From the NCBI GenBank assembly GCA_951406725.2, contig OX597834.1, positions 9,610,001 to 9,674,000 on the forward strand: a DNA stretch of 64,000 nucleotides. Reading direction: 5' to 3'. Positions 53,276 to 64,000 of the stretch are shown here, in pieces. The first letter of the stretch is position 1; every line of letters starts with the position of its first letter. The position numbers and the translations under genes are program-made. The DNA is from Octopus vulgaris. Its lineage: Eukaryota. The notes below the pieces were generated by a model. That model was not told where the DNA came from. It was given only the letters and a program-made list of their open reading frames with translations, and ran no database searches.

Positions 53276-53926
53276 GGTGTAATTTTCATATCCATTCCAG
53301 GATGGGTTAGTTTGAAGGGCGTAATTAAAGAGGAAATATATACTGAAGATGTCAGAGATTAAAACGGTTTGGGAATCCTATCTTAGATGTTTACGCAACA
53401 TCATTAAATTGAGAAATATATTTTTGTTTGCGTATCAAGTTCTTTGCATATTATTTCAAGTAGGATATTTTTATCCTCCCAAATAATTCACCGTATGTTT
53501 ATTAACCACGTAGTACTATGTTGAGCTAAAGGCATATCACAACAAGAGAACAGTCAAGGAAGTATCTGCTTACACATGTTCATCGCCTTTAACTTAATAG
53601 TAATGAAATCTAGCAATAGTAAGGATGGTTAGCTTTTAGTTTTTATGGTTACGCATAAATATTTATATATTACAGTTTATAAATGTCATACTCCGACAGG
53701 GTACTGTTGCTGAGACATGGATTAAAATATTCGTCTCTTAAGTAGCTCATAATGTTATCCATGCGACTTGGTATTATGGTAGTAAATGTTTCTGAGATAT
53801 AAGCGAAGTTATAACAGAATTCAGCCCCACATCATGTCACCTATAATGAGGATACCGCTATATCGTCTTCAACTAAAAGAAAGCGAACACGGAACAGATT
53901 AAAGAAGGGAGATTGGATGAAGTAAA

Positions 53927-54030
53927 GGCGTGGCTGTATGGTAAGAAACTTGCTAAAATTATAACCAGAAACCAAACAATGACTTGAGTGGATCAGATAA
54001 ACAGAAACTAAGGAAGCCCGCTGTATGTTT
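53927..54030 (+). mobile_element. Degenerate SINE family A 5' fragment
   Basis: GCGTGGCTGTATGGTAAGAAACTTGCT...GAGTGGAT...GAAACTAAGGAAGCCCG. Confidence 0.6.
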
Positions 54031-54073
54031 GCGTATGTGTATATATATGTCTCTCTGTTTATTTCCTCATATA

Positions 54074-54111
54074 TCTTTCAGTTGAAGAGCGTAGGCTCAA
54101 AACATAAAAGA
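54074..54111 (+). ncRNA. Degenerate minimal type I hammerhead-like motif
   Basis: TCTTT-CAGTTGA-a-GAGC-gtag-GCTC-AAAA-CATA-AAAGA: stems I (5 bp) and II (4 bp) intact, core mutated. Confidence 0.4.
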
Positions 54112-54317
54112 CTTTGCAACTTTCCCGAGCGTCAGACTATTACACCTGCTTTTTTTTTCATACACCTGTCTCCGTCATTTGTTCTTCTGCAAATTTCAAA
54201 TATATATATATATATATAAAGTTAATCCAAACAAAACACAAAAAAAAACACAACAACACGGGGACGTCGAACAAATAAAGTATTATTGAACGCTCCGGAA
54301 AGAAGGGAAGAAGGAGG

Positions 54318-54352
54318 GTTTAACGTTTCGAGCGGAGCTCTTCGTCGGAAAT
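54318..54352 (-). ncRNA. Minimal type I hammerhead-like motif (Penelope-like)
   Basis: Minus strand: ATTT-CCGACGA-a-GAGC-tcc-GCTC-GAAA-CGTT-AAAC, with palindromic AACGTT at stem III; U4 replaced by C. Confidence 0.55.
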
Positions 54353-54404
54353 ATAGAAGGGAAGACAGAGGGAAAATAATCGCCAGCGGTACTCACGAGG
54401 TCAC

Positions 54405-54470
<66 letters not shown>

Positions 54471-55869
54471 GTATGTGTGTTTGTATATCACTACATTTCC
54501 TACAAATATATGTACTGGAGTAGGTAAACTGCATTAAGTTTATATGAATCACAAACTGTCAGGGAAGGAACAAAAGCAAAGAAGCGTAACGTGCAGAGAA
54601 GTGTACAACAAACACAACGTTTCGTTTTGCATACATGTTTTCAAACTCCAATATTGTACGCGTTGCTATTAGATTAACTTGACCTGGATTTGATCTCAAT
54701 ATGTAAATGTTCGAAACTAAACAACGCAGAACCGTTTCTTTCTAACAATCCTTGTTGATGAGTTGAACAGATATCTGTATGACATATGAAATGCCAACAT
54801 CATATCAAACGTATTTTAAATCCTACCTAGACTAATAGGTAGATATAAATATAAACGCCTATTTGTTATTCTTTGTTTTCATCCTAATATACTTATATAA
54901 AATCCATGGCGTGTAACACGGCATTAGGAATATACTAATATTTAGCTAATAACTATCTCCATACTTTCCTGTGTTCACGTTGGAGTTTCCTTCTCAATTT
55001 ATCCCTTTCTTTCTATCATTCTGCTATCGTGATTTAGTCAAATGTATGGATTCATATATATGGGGGAAGAAAAGAGTCAGTAAATGTGTGTGTGTGTGCG
55101 TGCAGATGTTTGCATGCATGCGCTCGTGTGCGTGTGTATTTACGTGTGCGTTTGAAGTTAGACTGATCCAAGATGAAAGTTAACGTAGATCAAGCTTTAA
55201 TTTACTAAAATTTCTGCTGACATCTATTGGGAGACTGTAGAACTAGTATTCAATAAGCTTACTTTTAGTAGCACAGCAGGTATTAATAACAGAATTCGGT
55301 GGTGATTCAACCATATCTATTATTATTATTGCAATACATATATTACGCTGAAGTCAATTCATTTTCACTCCAAATTATCAAACGACGTACCTTAAAATAA
55401 TGATCCGTACAAAATATCATTGTAATTTTATAATATAGAAAGTTTGATTTATAGAACAACGCAAACATCATTAAATGTTTAGAGATAATATCACCTTTTT
55501 CTGAAGGTAGGATGATGTTGAGCGGTTAGTTGTGGCACCTCTGTCAATACGAGTGCCCACAATGATGGGATACATCTATGTAAAATAAAGCTAGAAAATA
55601 TTGAAGCATAAACACAAGCAAGTAAAAACAAGGGTATGCGAAATAGGAATATCCATCGATAAAAACGAATAGCTATTTTATGATAATAATCTGAAACAGT
55701 CGGGAAAATATGGTACTGTAATATCTCGCTGGACAATGTGCACAAATAATGTCTTTATAGTGATTTAGTATTTGTCATGTATATTAGCTCACTCTCTACA
55801 TATAATAAACGTTGCGTGTCAGCTGCACGATGTACCACACGTCAGGTGTCGAGGTAATTGCAGACCAAC

Positions 55870-55968
55870 GTCAGTTGAAATGTTTTGCTCGAAAACACCC
55901 GGTCCAGGAATTGAAACCACGACCTCGTGATTGTGAGTGCAACACCCCAATCACTGGGCCACGCACCC
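55870..55968 (-). mobile_element. tRNA-derived SINE head fragment (family C/D-like)
   Basis: Minus strand: GTGGCCCAGTGATTGGGG...CGTGGTTTCAATTCCTGGACCGGGTG (A and B boxes). Confidence 0.65.
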
Positions 55969-56799
55969 ACACACGAACAGAAATATATTACAGTAACGTG
56001 ATCGTTACGATCTTTTATATTTATTTTATGGACAGTGGGACTCATAAATCAGGAAAACTGAAACATTGACAAACTAAACGTTTTCTGCTTCCATCGATTA
56101 CAATATATTTTGTAACTGAACAAAATGTTCAGAGATTCAGATTCGAGCCTGGCAGAGGGGATTGTGCATTTTTAAGACGTTATATGTGAAGCAACACCAG
56201 AAAAATTAAGTGATAATACATCCGAGCCGAGATAAGGCCGAAGGACTATCTGTGGTTTGAACACAGAACAGCATATTTTGTAATCGTCGATATATTAAAA
56301 TCATTTTGAAAATTACTTTTGTGTTTTACATTAAACGTATAACTTACTATATTTGTTTTCATAAAAGCGTGCATTTTGTGTTGTTTTTTTTATTATTGCG
56401 CATTCTTTTGTGGTGGACAATACTACTAATTTATTTAGAGTTACCCGGATGCTAGAAGGTTGTCGGCGAGTCGTCCGTTTTAAGTATTATATATTATTCA
56501 TTCTTGACAAAGTAAATGCTGCTCTTAAATCATTGATTGTCGAGGCAGACTTTTCTCAATGCAGAAAGTGAACATTAATTTGAGAACGTATTCTTTCAAA
56601 GAAAGCATGCCAAAGGGAATAGCAAACAAATAGATTCTTCACGAGAGATAAATGTGCTTAATTAAGAAACGTGGACATATTTTCAGTTAATCCTAAAGAA
56701 TTTGGAGCCACGTCGCTACGTCTGACTCAGGAAACAGGTAGATTTGTTTCAAAATTTCCATTGATCGTTATACAGAGTTATATTTAATACAGGAACATA

Positions 56800-56939
56800 T
56801 TAGGTTGTCCCAAAAGTTTGTAAACACTTTGAAAATTGAATTTTTACTCGCCAAGTACTAACAAAAACAACAAAAATTACTCCTCAAAATAAAGACCATT
56901 ATTTTCCAAGACTTTCTATGAACTTTTGGGACAACCTTA
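56800..56939. mobile_element. Tc1/mariner-type MITE with TA TSD
   Basis: TA|TTAGGTTGTCCCAAAAGTT ... AACTTTTGGGACAACCTTA|TA; TTAGGTTG terminus is typical of mariner TIRs. Confidence 0.85.
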
Positions 56940-57610
56940 TAATTTTCTTTTATAAAATTGAATATTTTAATAATTTCAATGATTTATATTCTACCTCCCC
57001 ACTAGCTTCCAGAAAGAAGACTTTCTGCAATTAGTTGGAAAAAAGAAAACGTATCAAATACCAAAATTAAATTGTTTCAAATAAAACAGTGGAATAGATT
57101 TAAGTTCCCAAATTTAAATATTTCAGAACTGAAGCAGTAGCGTAACGCTGCTGCGCGTTCGATATATGAAGGGTTCAAACTAATTAGTCTATTAAATCGT
57201 CACGGTTGGGTAGTGAGTAATTATCGAAGTAAAACTTTTTTCACGGGTTCCGAATAGTCTCATTAATAACATCTATTTGGTAGTATTGCTAGTATCACGT
57301 ATTCGAGTCGGCCAGGCTGTGTTACTTAGTCTGGCAAAAATGCCTACGAGCATAATGTTTATTACTAATAGTAAAGTGGTACGCTTGACCACGATGTAGA
57401 TCAGAGCCACAATAAGCAATCAATTAAATGGCCAAATTGCTTTAAGAGAACAAAAATTAATTTTATAACTATACCATATTCTACTTGACAAATCTAACAA
57501 TACAACTCAAAATCTTCGATGCTCTCGTCTGGGGTTTATATACACATAACTACTTTTATACATACTTCACACATATATAATAGGTAACTTTCATACCTGT
57601 GTATTTAAGC

Positions 57611-57648
<38 letters not shown>

Positions 57649-57781
57649 TGTGTGTGTATTCATCTATATATATATATAATAATAATAATGGGTAAAATTT
57701 ATTAATTAAGAAGTAACCAATACTTTCACCAAGTAGAATTCGGCATGAAAAAAAAGGACCATTTCATGGTAAACATAAGCA

Positions 57782-57938
57782 ATACTTAATAATTAGGGTT
57801 CAGCAAAGATTTGCTTTACCACATACCGAAGTTTAGAAATAGCAGCCAAAAAACGTTAGGCATTCGTTTTTTGGCTGCTATTTCTAAACTTCGGTATGTA
57901 GTGAAGCAAATATTTGCTGAACCCTAATTATTAAGTAT
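57782..57938. repeat. Long inverted repeat, 74-bp arms (3 differences), 9-nt loop
   Basis: Arms 57782-57855 and 57865-57938; loop TTAGGCATT; lies between (TA)n tracts. Confidence 0.97.
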
Positions 57939-57949
57939 ATGTATATATG

Positions 57950-58002
<53 letters not shown>

Positions 58003-58431
58003 TGTGTGATATACACACACAAGCAAAAGTTTTGGGGCTTTGTTGATTTCTTTTTCTTTTTTTTCTTTAGGCGGGGTGGTCCTCGTAAATCATGAAACTT
58101 CGATTTATATTTATGATTTGTATTTCTCAGTGAATTCTAAATTTTAATTTTTACCTATCTTACTTCCAACTCCAGTCTTCAAATCCATTCAAACCCATCC
58201 CGATCTTCTTGCTATTTATTCTTCGTGTTACCCAACCCTTTATTCAAATACCATCCACACTTTATTCACACGCCCCCTAAGATACACTCTTAATTTTTTG
58301 CCCCTTCTTATGTTCTCAAGTGCCGCTGTAGTTTAATAAATATTTCCATATTTTTTTTTTTACTGATGTTCACAAGTATTTCATTTTTTTCTCTTTACAT
58401 CTGAATATCATACAAGGGTATCATAAACACT

Positions 58432-58486
<55 letters not shown>

Positions 58487-59688
58487 TCTCATTTGTATAT
58501 ATAAATACATGTAAACATAGGTATGTCTGTTGGTAATTTCATGTTAAGTCAAATGGCTTCCTGCTTTTCTCTGTTCAAACAATTTTTAACTCCCCATTAT
58601 ATCTGCTATTGAAATTACATACGCTCGTATCTCTCTCCTTCTTTCACTCTCTTCCCCTTCATATATATATATACATACATGCATGCATACAATCATACAT
58701 ACATATGTATGCATTGTTCAATATCTTCGTTGCTTCCCCCTAATGTTTTCTTATTCTAGTGTTGCTACATCTGTTATATTTTCAAATTGGCTTTTACTGA
58801 GGGGGACCACACCAGACGCCGTGTCTCAGCTATCATTTTCAGCTTATACCAAGTTTCTTGGCAGACATCTGCTGTAAATCCTAACTTTGTCAGTTTGAAG
58901 AGAACATAATACTTGTTTCATTCGTGCTCATCATCTCGTTTTACGTTTTGCTAAGCCTAAACCTCGACTATACTTCAAACAGTTAAACCCTTTTCTCATC
59001 GGTGTAGTTAGTAATAGCTACACGTTATTGCACATTATTTATTATTATTATCATCTTCGTCATTCTTCATCTTATTTTTATTATTGTTATTATTATTATC
59101 TTTTGCAAGGAAGCACTTTCCCCCTTAGCAATGGAGAAATTTTAAGCAAAGTGCTTATCATGCAACATGTTATTGTAATGCATTAAGTAAAGAAAAAAAA
59201 CTATACGTAATGTTATATAATTGATAAGAAAAAAAAAACAAAGAGGCAAAAGTGAAAAACCGCCCCCGATGCTCAGTTACATCGCTCATCTATATATACA
59301 TATATATATATTCAATGAAAATTAATAGCTAAAGTATCGAGATTTTAGATTCTCGAGTGAAACATGCTAATCCCTTTAATTAAATGTTAATGAGCCATGA
59401 TGAAAAAATAAGCAATTATCGCTTCCCTTTCTAAAAATTGATATTAATCTCTCTGTGTGTGTCTCTATCTCTTTATATATATGTATATATATACACATCT
59501 ATGTCTATGCAAATGTATATGCATATATATATGCGTATATATATATATTTGTAAATAGTTAGGGATTACTCCAAACGTTTACCGGATTGCTCTCAATGTA
59601 GCTCTATGGAAAGCTGTATATATAAAACGAATTAAAGCTAATGCTAGGCCATTTCATAGTAATCCTTATTATGAATATTGTTGATAAC

Positions 59689-59725
<37 letters not shown>

Positions 59726-61000
59726 TTGTATGTATATATATAAATATAACGAAAGAGATAGCGCTGGAGAGAAATAAGAATTTTTAAATGCAAACTAATT
59801 GGTTTCTCCGCGCTGGTTATATCTGAAAGGATAGAACGTGTGGTTATAAACCAAATGGTTTCGTGGTCGATTCGTCGTAGCAGCATCTTGTGTGAATCTC
59901 TCTTATTCTCCAATCTGAAGTTGCTAATACATAGAATTTCACCAGTTGACTCTCTTCCGAAACTCATTTTATACGAACGTGTGTGTGTGTGTGTGTGTGT
60001 GTGTTCCTATGATTGTGGATAGGTGAATGTGTGTGAGAGTACATGATTTGATTTCTGCTTTGTTATGGAGAACATTCTGCCTTTCCTTATGTTGTAACTC
60101 ATATTTTCAAATGGGGAATGTACGCACTAACAATGTTATATTATGTAATACCATGTCAGTGTTGTACAACTCCTAGCTTTGGTTTCCGTTTACTTTTGAA
60201 TCTCTATGTACATAGAAACCACACATGCTAGAATGCATTATACATAAATATATTCCACCTTGTAGTCGGTTCATTCAACTAACCATGGTTCTGTTAACGA
60301 TATTCATGATATATATATGAATTCATGTATGTTCTGACTTCATTCAATGAAGTTAGGCAATAAATCGGCCAGAATTAGAGTTTAAAACTTAATACAGTCG
60401 CTAAGAATTTTAGTATGTTACTAATCAATGATCGGACGGAAATTCCCAGTTAAATATTTACATTGCTTAACCTTACACACAGAAATTTGTGTAGGTTAAA
60501 TCGTATACAACCGTTTGTGAAGGTTAAACAGAAGATCAGAAATAAATTGTTTTCTTGATAAAGTCAATATTTCTCTATGCGAAGCTGTAGATTGAAGTAA
60601 ACATTGTTACCATCTGACATTTCTTTTTACAAACTTCACATTGCGTTAACGTATACGACGACCATTGCGTCTACACCAGATTGGTTTTATTATCCTTATT
60701 ACTGTCGCGCTTTAACAACTCTATTACAATGTTTATAATGCTGACATGGTGATTTTCTTTTAGCTTTGATTCACCGTTGTCATCATTGACCAAATCATCA
60801 GTTTTATTATCAACAGAAGCGAAAATGTTCTTTTCAATGGACAGATGCCATCGTCATCATCATCATTTGCTGATTGTCATTGAGTATATGTGAAGATTAT
60901 TACATTTATATTCATTCTTTACATCTATATGTTCGCCATTACGAGACAACGCTAGTGCTTCTAAGGGATAAATTGTCTTAGGTCGCATATCAGGCAAATC

Positions 61001-61423
61001 GGATCTTTTCGGTTTGAACAGCAGTTTTTTTTCTAGCGGTGTCATATGAAATTGTAACCCATAATTATGACCCTAGTATCGATCAATTGCATTTCAATCT
61101 ATTTTAGGGTTAGGGTTGGTTAGGGCTGGTGGAAGGGTATGTTTTTTTTCTTCACAAATGTAAATAAACCCAATCTGTTTCTTAAACGAGGGACATATTC
61201 ATACGGCACAGAATGTTGTTTACCTCAATGGACGTCAGTGATTGGTTGAAATTGCAGAAATTGAAGAGAAAAAACAACAAATGTCTTACAAACTATAGAA
61301 TTTTCTCAATAAAACCAAGCGAAAAAGATGTTTTATAAACACATTCTACCAGTATACGAAGTTTAAAATTTTCTAGTTACCTAGAAATCATGTTAAAAAC
61401 TGCGGTTCAAACCGAAAAGATCC
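61001..61423. mobile_element. MITE copy 2 (GG-terminal TIRs, 8-bp TSD)
   Basis: TIRs GGATCTTTTCGGTTTGAACAGCAGTTTTT / AAAAACTGCGGTTCAAACCGAAAAGATCC; TSD GGCAAATC at 60993-61000 and 61424-61431; internal TTAGGGTTAGGGTTGGTTAGGG. Confidence 0.95.
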
Positions 61424-61827
61424 GGCAAATCTCCCATAAATCACACCCTAACATTTTCAATAAAGACAAACTGACTAATAAAAATACGAGATGTCCATAG
61501 TACGAACACCTCTAATCCTATATCTGTTCAATCCGAGCTATCGGATAGCAAACGATTACTTCCTTATATTAATTATTATATAAACATTATTCTCATCTTT
61601 GATTTGGGCCGTTAGAAATCTCGTGTGGGTGAATTTCCTCGGCAAATACACAAAGTATAACATTAATGATATATGCGGTTGATAATGTTTCATACACTAG
61701 TGCTGCTATTTTTTATTTCATATTTGAATAATCATATAAATATATTAAATATTTCTCTCAGTATTTCTTTAGAAATCCCTCAATGAAATATTTATCAGGA
61801 AATATTGCTTATTTTACTAAGGTACAT

Positions 61828-61960
61828 TACTCTTTACTATTTTACTTGACTGTGGCCATGCTGGAGCACCGCCTTTAGTCGACGAAATCGACCCCAGTAC
61901 TTATTCTTTGTAAGCCTAGTACTTATTCTATCGGTCTCTTTTGCTGAACCGCTAAGTTAC
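61828..61960 (-). mobile_element. SINE family A, 5'-truncated (3' third)
   Basis: GGCCATGCTGGAGCACCGCCTTTAGTCGA...TCTATCGGTCTCTTTTGCTGAACCGCTAAGTTAC. Confidence 0.88.
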
Positions 61961-63703
61961 ATTGTGTAATTTGGTACCGAAACACTTAAGACACTCTAGG
62001 AGACTCTCTGCTTCCAAATCCCCTGAGCTATGGTTGCTTTTGTGTATCTGTGGAGGCCAATATTGGAAAGCAAGCGATTAAGATGACCTCTGAATCGAAA
62101 GCGTTTCGTTCCGGACTTTTCCATCATTTTATTTTTTATCTTCAGGTACATAGGAATGAAGTTCACTTTATGTAGCTTTTCGGTATTTTCTAAGACGACT
62201 GGGTATGCTTTAAATAACTTTCAGATGTTATTTGTAGCACGTTAAATAAAGTTAGTTTTGTGAGAAAAGTTATGAGAAGCACTAGCGTGACGCCAGATTA
62301 GGTGTTTGGCATTCTTTATTTTAGTGTTTTGTCTTAGATTTCCAAAAATAAAGATCAACCGTAGTAGAATAAGTAAAGAATGCAAATATTTCGCATATTT
62401 TAAGGATTATAATGTCAAAACATGGCATTTGTTGGTATAAAATAAGTACCATTACCAATACAAGTAAAGTCTATGTCCAGTATTTAATCACATGCAAACA
62501 TTGTGTCTCAGAAAGTGTTATGATTTTTTAAAAAAAGCGTAGATTCGTAATATTGTAAAACATGTATTAACGTACATCAAACCAGTAAAGAAAAGACATC
62601 TAAGGATTTTATGTAGTTTCAACAATAGAAATTTTTGCATTCTATATTTTTCAAAAAAAGATTTCAGTTAAATATGAATCTGTGGAATGTCCCAAAGAAT
62701 TACTGTAATCTGTTCTACTGGAACTCGGCATAAGTAAAGTAATATAGATTTGTTTTGCTTTCCTTTTTTTAATATATTTTGTTTGTTTTTTTTGTTTTTT
62801 TTGGAAGATGAATGAAAATATTCAGACAGAAATCAGAAAAGAATCTTAAACTTAGTAAAAAAAACAAAAACAAAAAAAAACTAAAATCATCTTTAAAATA
62901 TGTTATATTTAAAGTCAGTAAGAATAAATAGATGCTAGGATAAAATATATCTTATTCAAAGTCGGTTACGAAAATCAGATTTAGGATTAATGTAAGAAAA
63001 AAAAAATTTTTTCCAGCTATGCAGATGTGTGGCAAAATCAAGATATTTTTTACTTTTATTTTCCCTTACTATTCCAGCAATTCTATCCATTTCTTATTTC
63101 TTTCTTTCTCTCGCACTTTCACTAACACGTCGTTTACTCTGCGCCTTCCCTTTTTTTCCCCCTCTGATCCCCTGTTTCATAAAGCGTATATATCTTTTGC
63201 TTACACTATACAGTTTCCTGTTTTTAATATGTCATTGCCTTCTTCACCCGACCCTCTGTCTGCGCCTCAGACAGCCAGACATATTACACACAGCCCTTAA
63301 CTACCCAGGAGCTAAAATTATCTTCAGGTTGGGGGTTATAAATTTACAGTACAGTTTCTCATTACCTTCCGACCAGATTTCACTTCTGAAGCAAATATCT
63401 GAAATAACCTAGAATCTATCGTTCTTGATATTATTTACCTCAAGTAGAATGCCACAGGCTTTTAGGAGTTGTAAGTGTTTGGAGGTGTCAACAAAAAAGT
63501 GTTCTTAAATACTGAAGCTATCATTTTAAATCTCGTCTTTGAGTTTACAGCGTATTTTATTCAGGACATAAAAAGCAATTCGTGTGTGTGTTCGATTTCT
63601 GTGTGTATAGATAAATGTATACAAATATACATACGCGCGCACACACACGCACAAAATATACACACACACACACATATATATACTTCCATGCGAGGTGTGC
63701 AAA

Positions 63704-63853
63704 AGGTGCAAGCGTGGCTGTGTGGTAAGACGCTTGCTTCCCAACCACATCGTTCCGGGTTCAGTCGCACTGTGTGACACCTTGGGCATGTGACTTCTAC
63801 ATAAAGCCTTATGAGTATTTTTGTTGGATGGAAACTGAAAGAAGCCCGTCGTG

Positions 63854-63892
<39 letters not shown>
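63704..63892 (+). mobile_element. SINE family A 5' half ending in its internal (TA)n
   Basis: AGGTGCAAGCGTGGCTGTGTGGTAAG...GGGTTCAGTCGCAC...GGAAACTGAAAGAAGCCCGTCG then (TA)n. Confidence 0.85.
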
Positions 63893-63896
<4 letters not shown>

Positions 63897-64000
63897 TATT
63901 TCCAATCTGCGAACATGCTTGTAAATTATTGATGTCTAAGAGACATAGACATTAGAAATAATAAAGCATGAAGGGTTTTGGGCCCTCATGTCGAAATCAA

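Noticed and set aside
59644-63412. 107-aa (59644-59967, -) and 127-aa (63029-63412, +) ORFs
   Set aside because: No recognisable domain; partly low-complexity or pyrimidine-tract derived

Overview
AT-rich, microsatellite-dense eukaryotic non-coding DNA (large intron or intergenic). The repeat content strongly resembles an octopod cephalopod (Octopus-like); this assignment is recalled and inferred, not searched. No protein-coding gene can be supported. Almost all long ORFs in the track are translations of (TA)n/(TATG)n/(AAT)n/(CAT)n/(TTC)n/(TATC)n tracts or of SINEs. The window holds many tRNA-derived SINE copies from at least 4 families (labelled A-D here), several with clean target-site duplications (TSDs). 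It also holds an older degenerate interspersed family (E), two copies of a ~420-bp GG-terminal MITE with 8-bp TSDs and internal TTAGGG repeats, a mariner-type MITE, a non-autonomous Helitron, a LINE 3' end and decayed LINE EN/RT remnants. Most notable: (1) family-B SINEs form head+(184-bp body)n concatemers with one recurrent palindromic junction at independent loci; (2) four hammerhead-ribozyme-like motifs lie in inserts next to (TA)n tracts (Penelope-like); (3) there are two long near-perfect palindromes; (4) a patchwork of interleaved duplications at 6.5-8.3 kb may be an assembly artefact.
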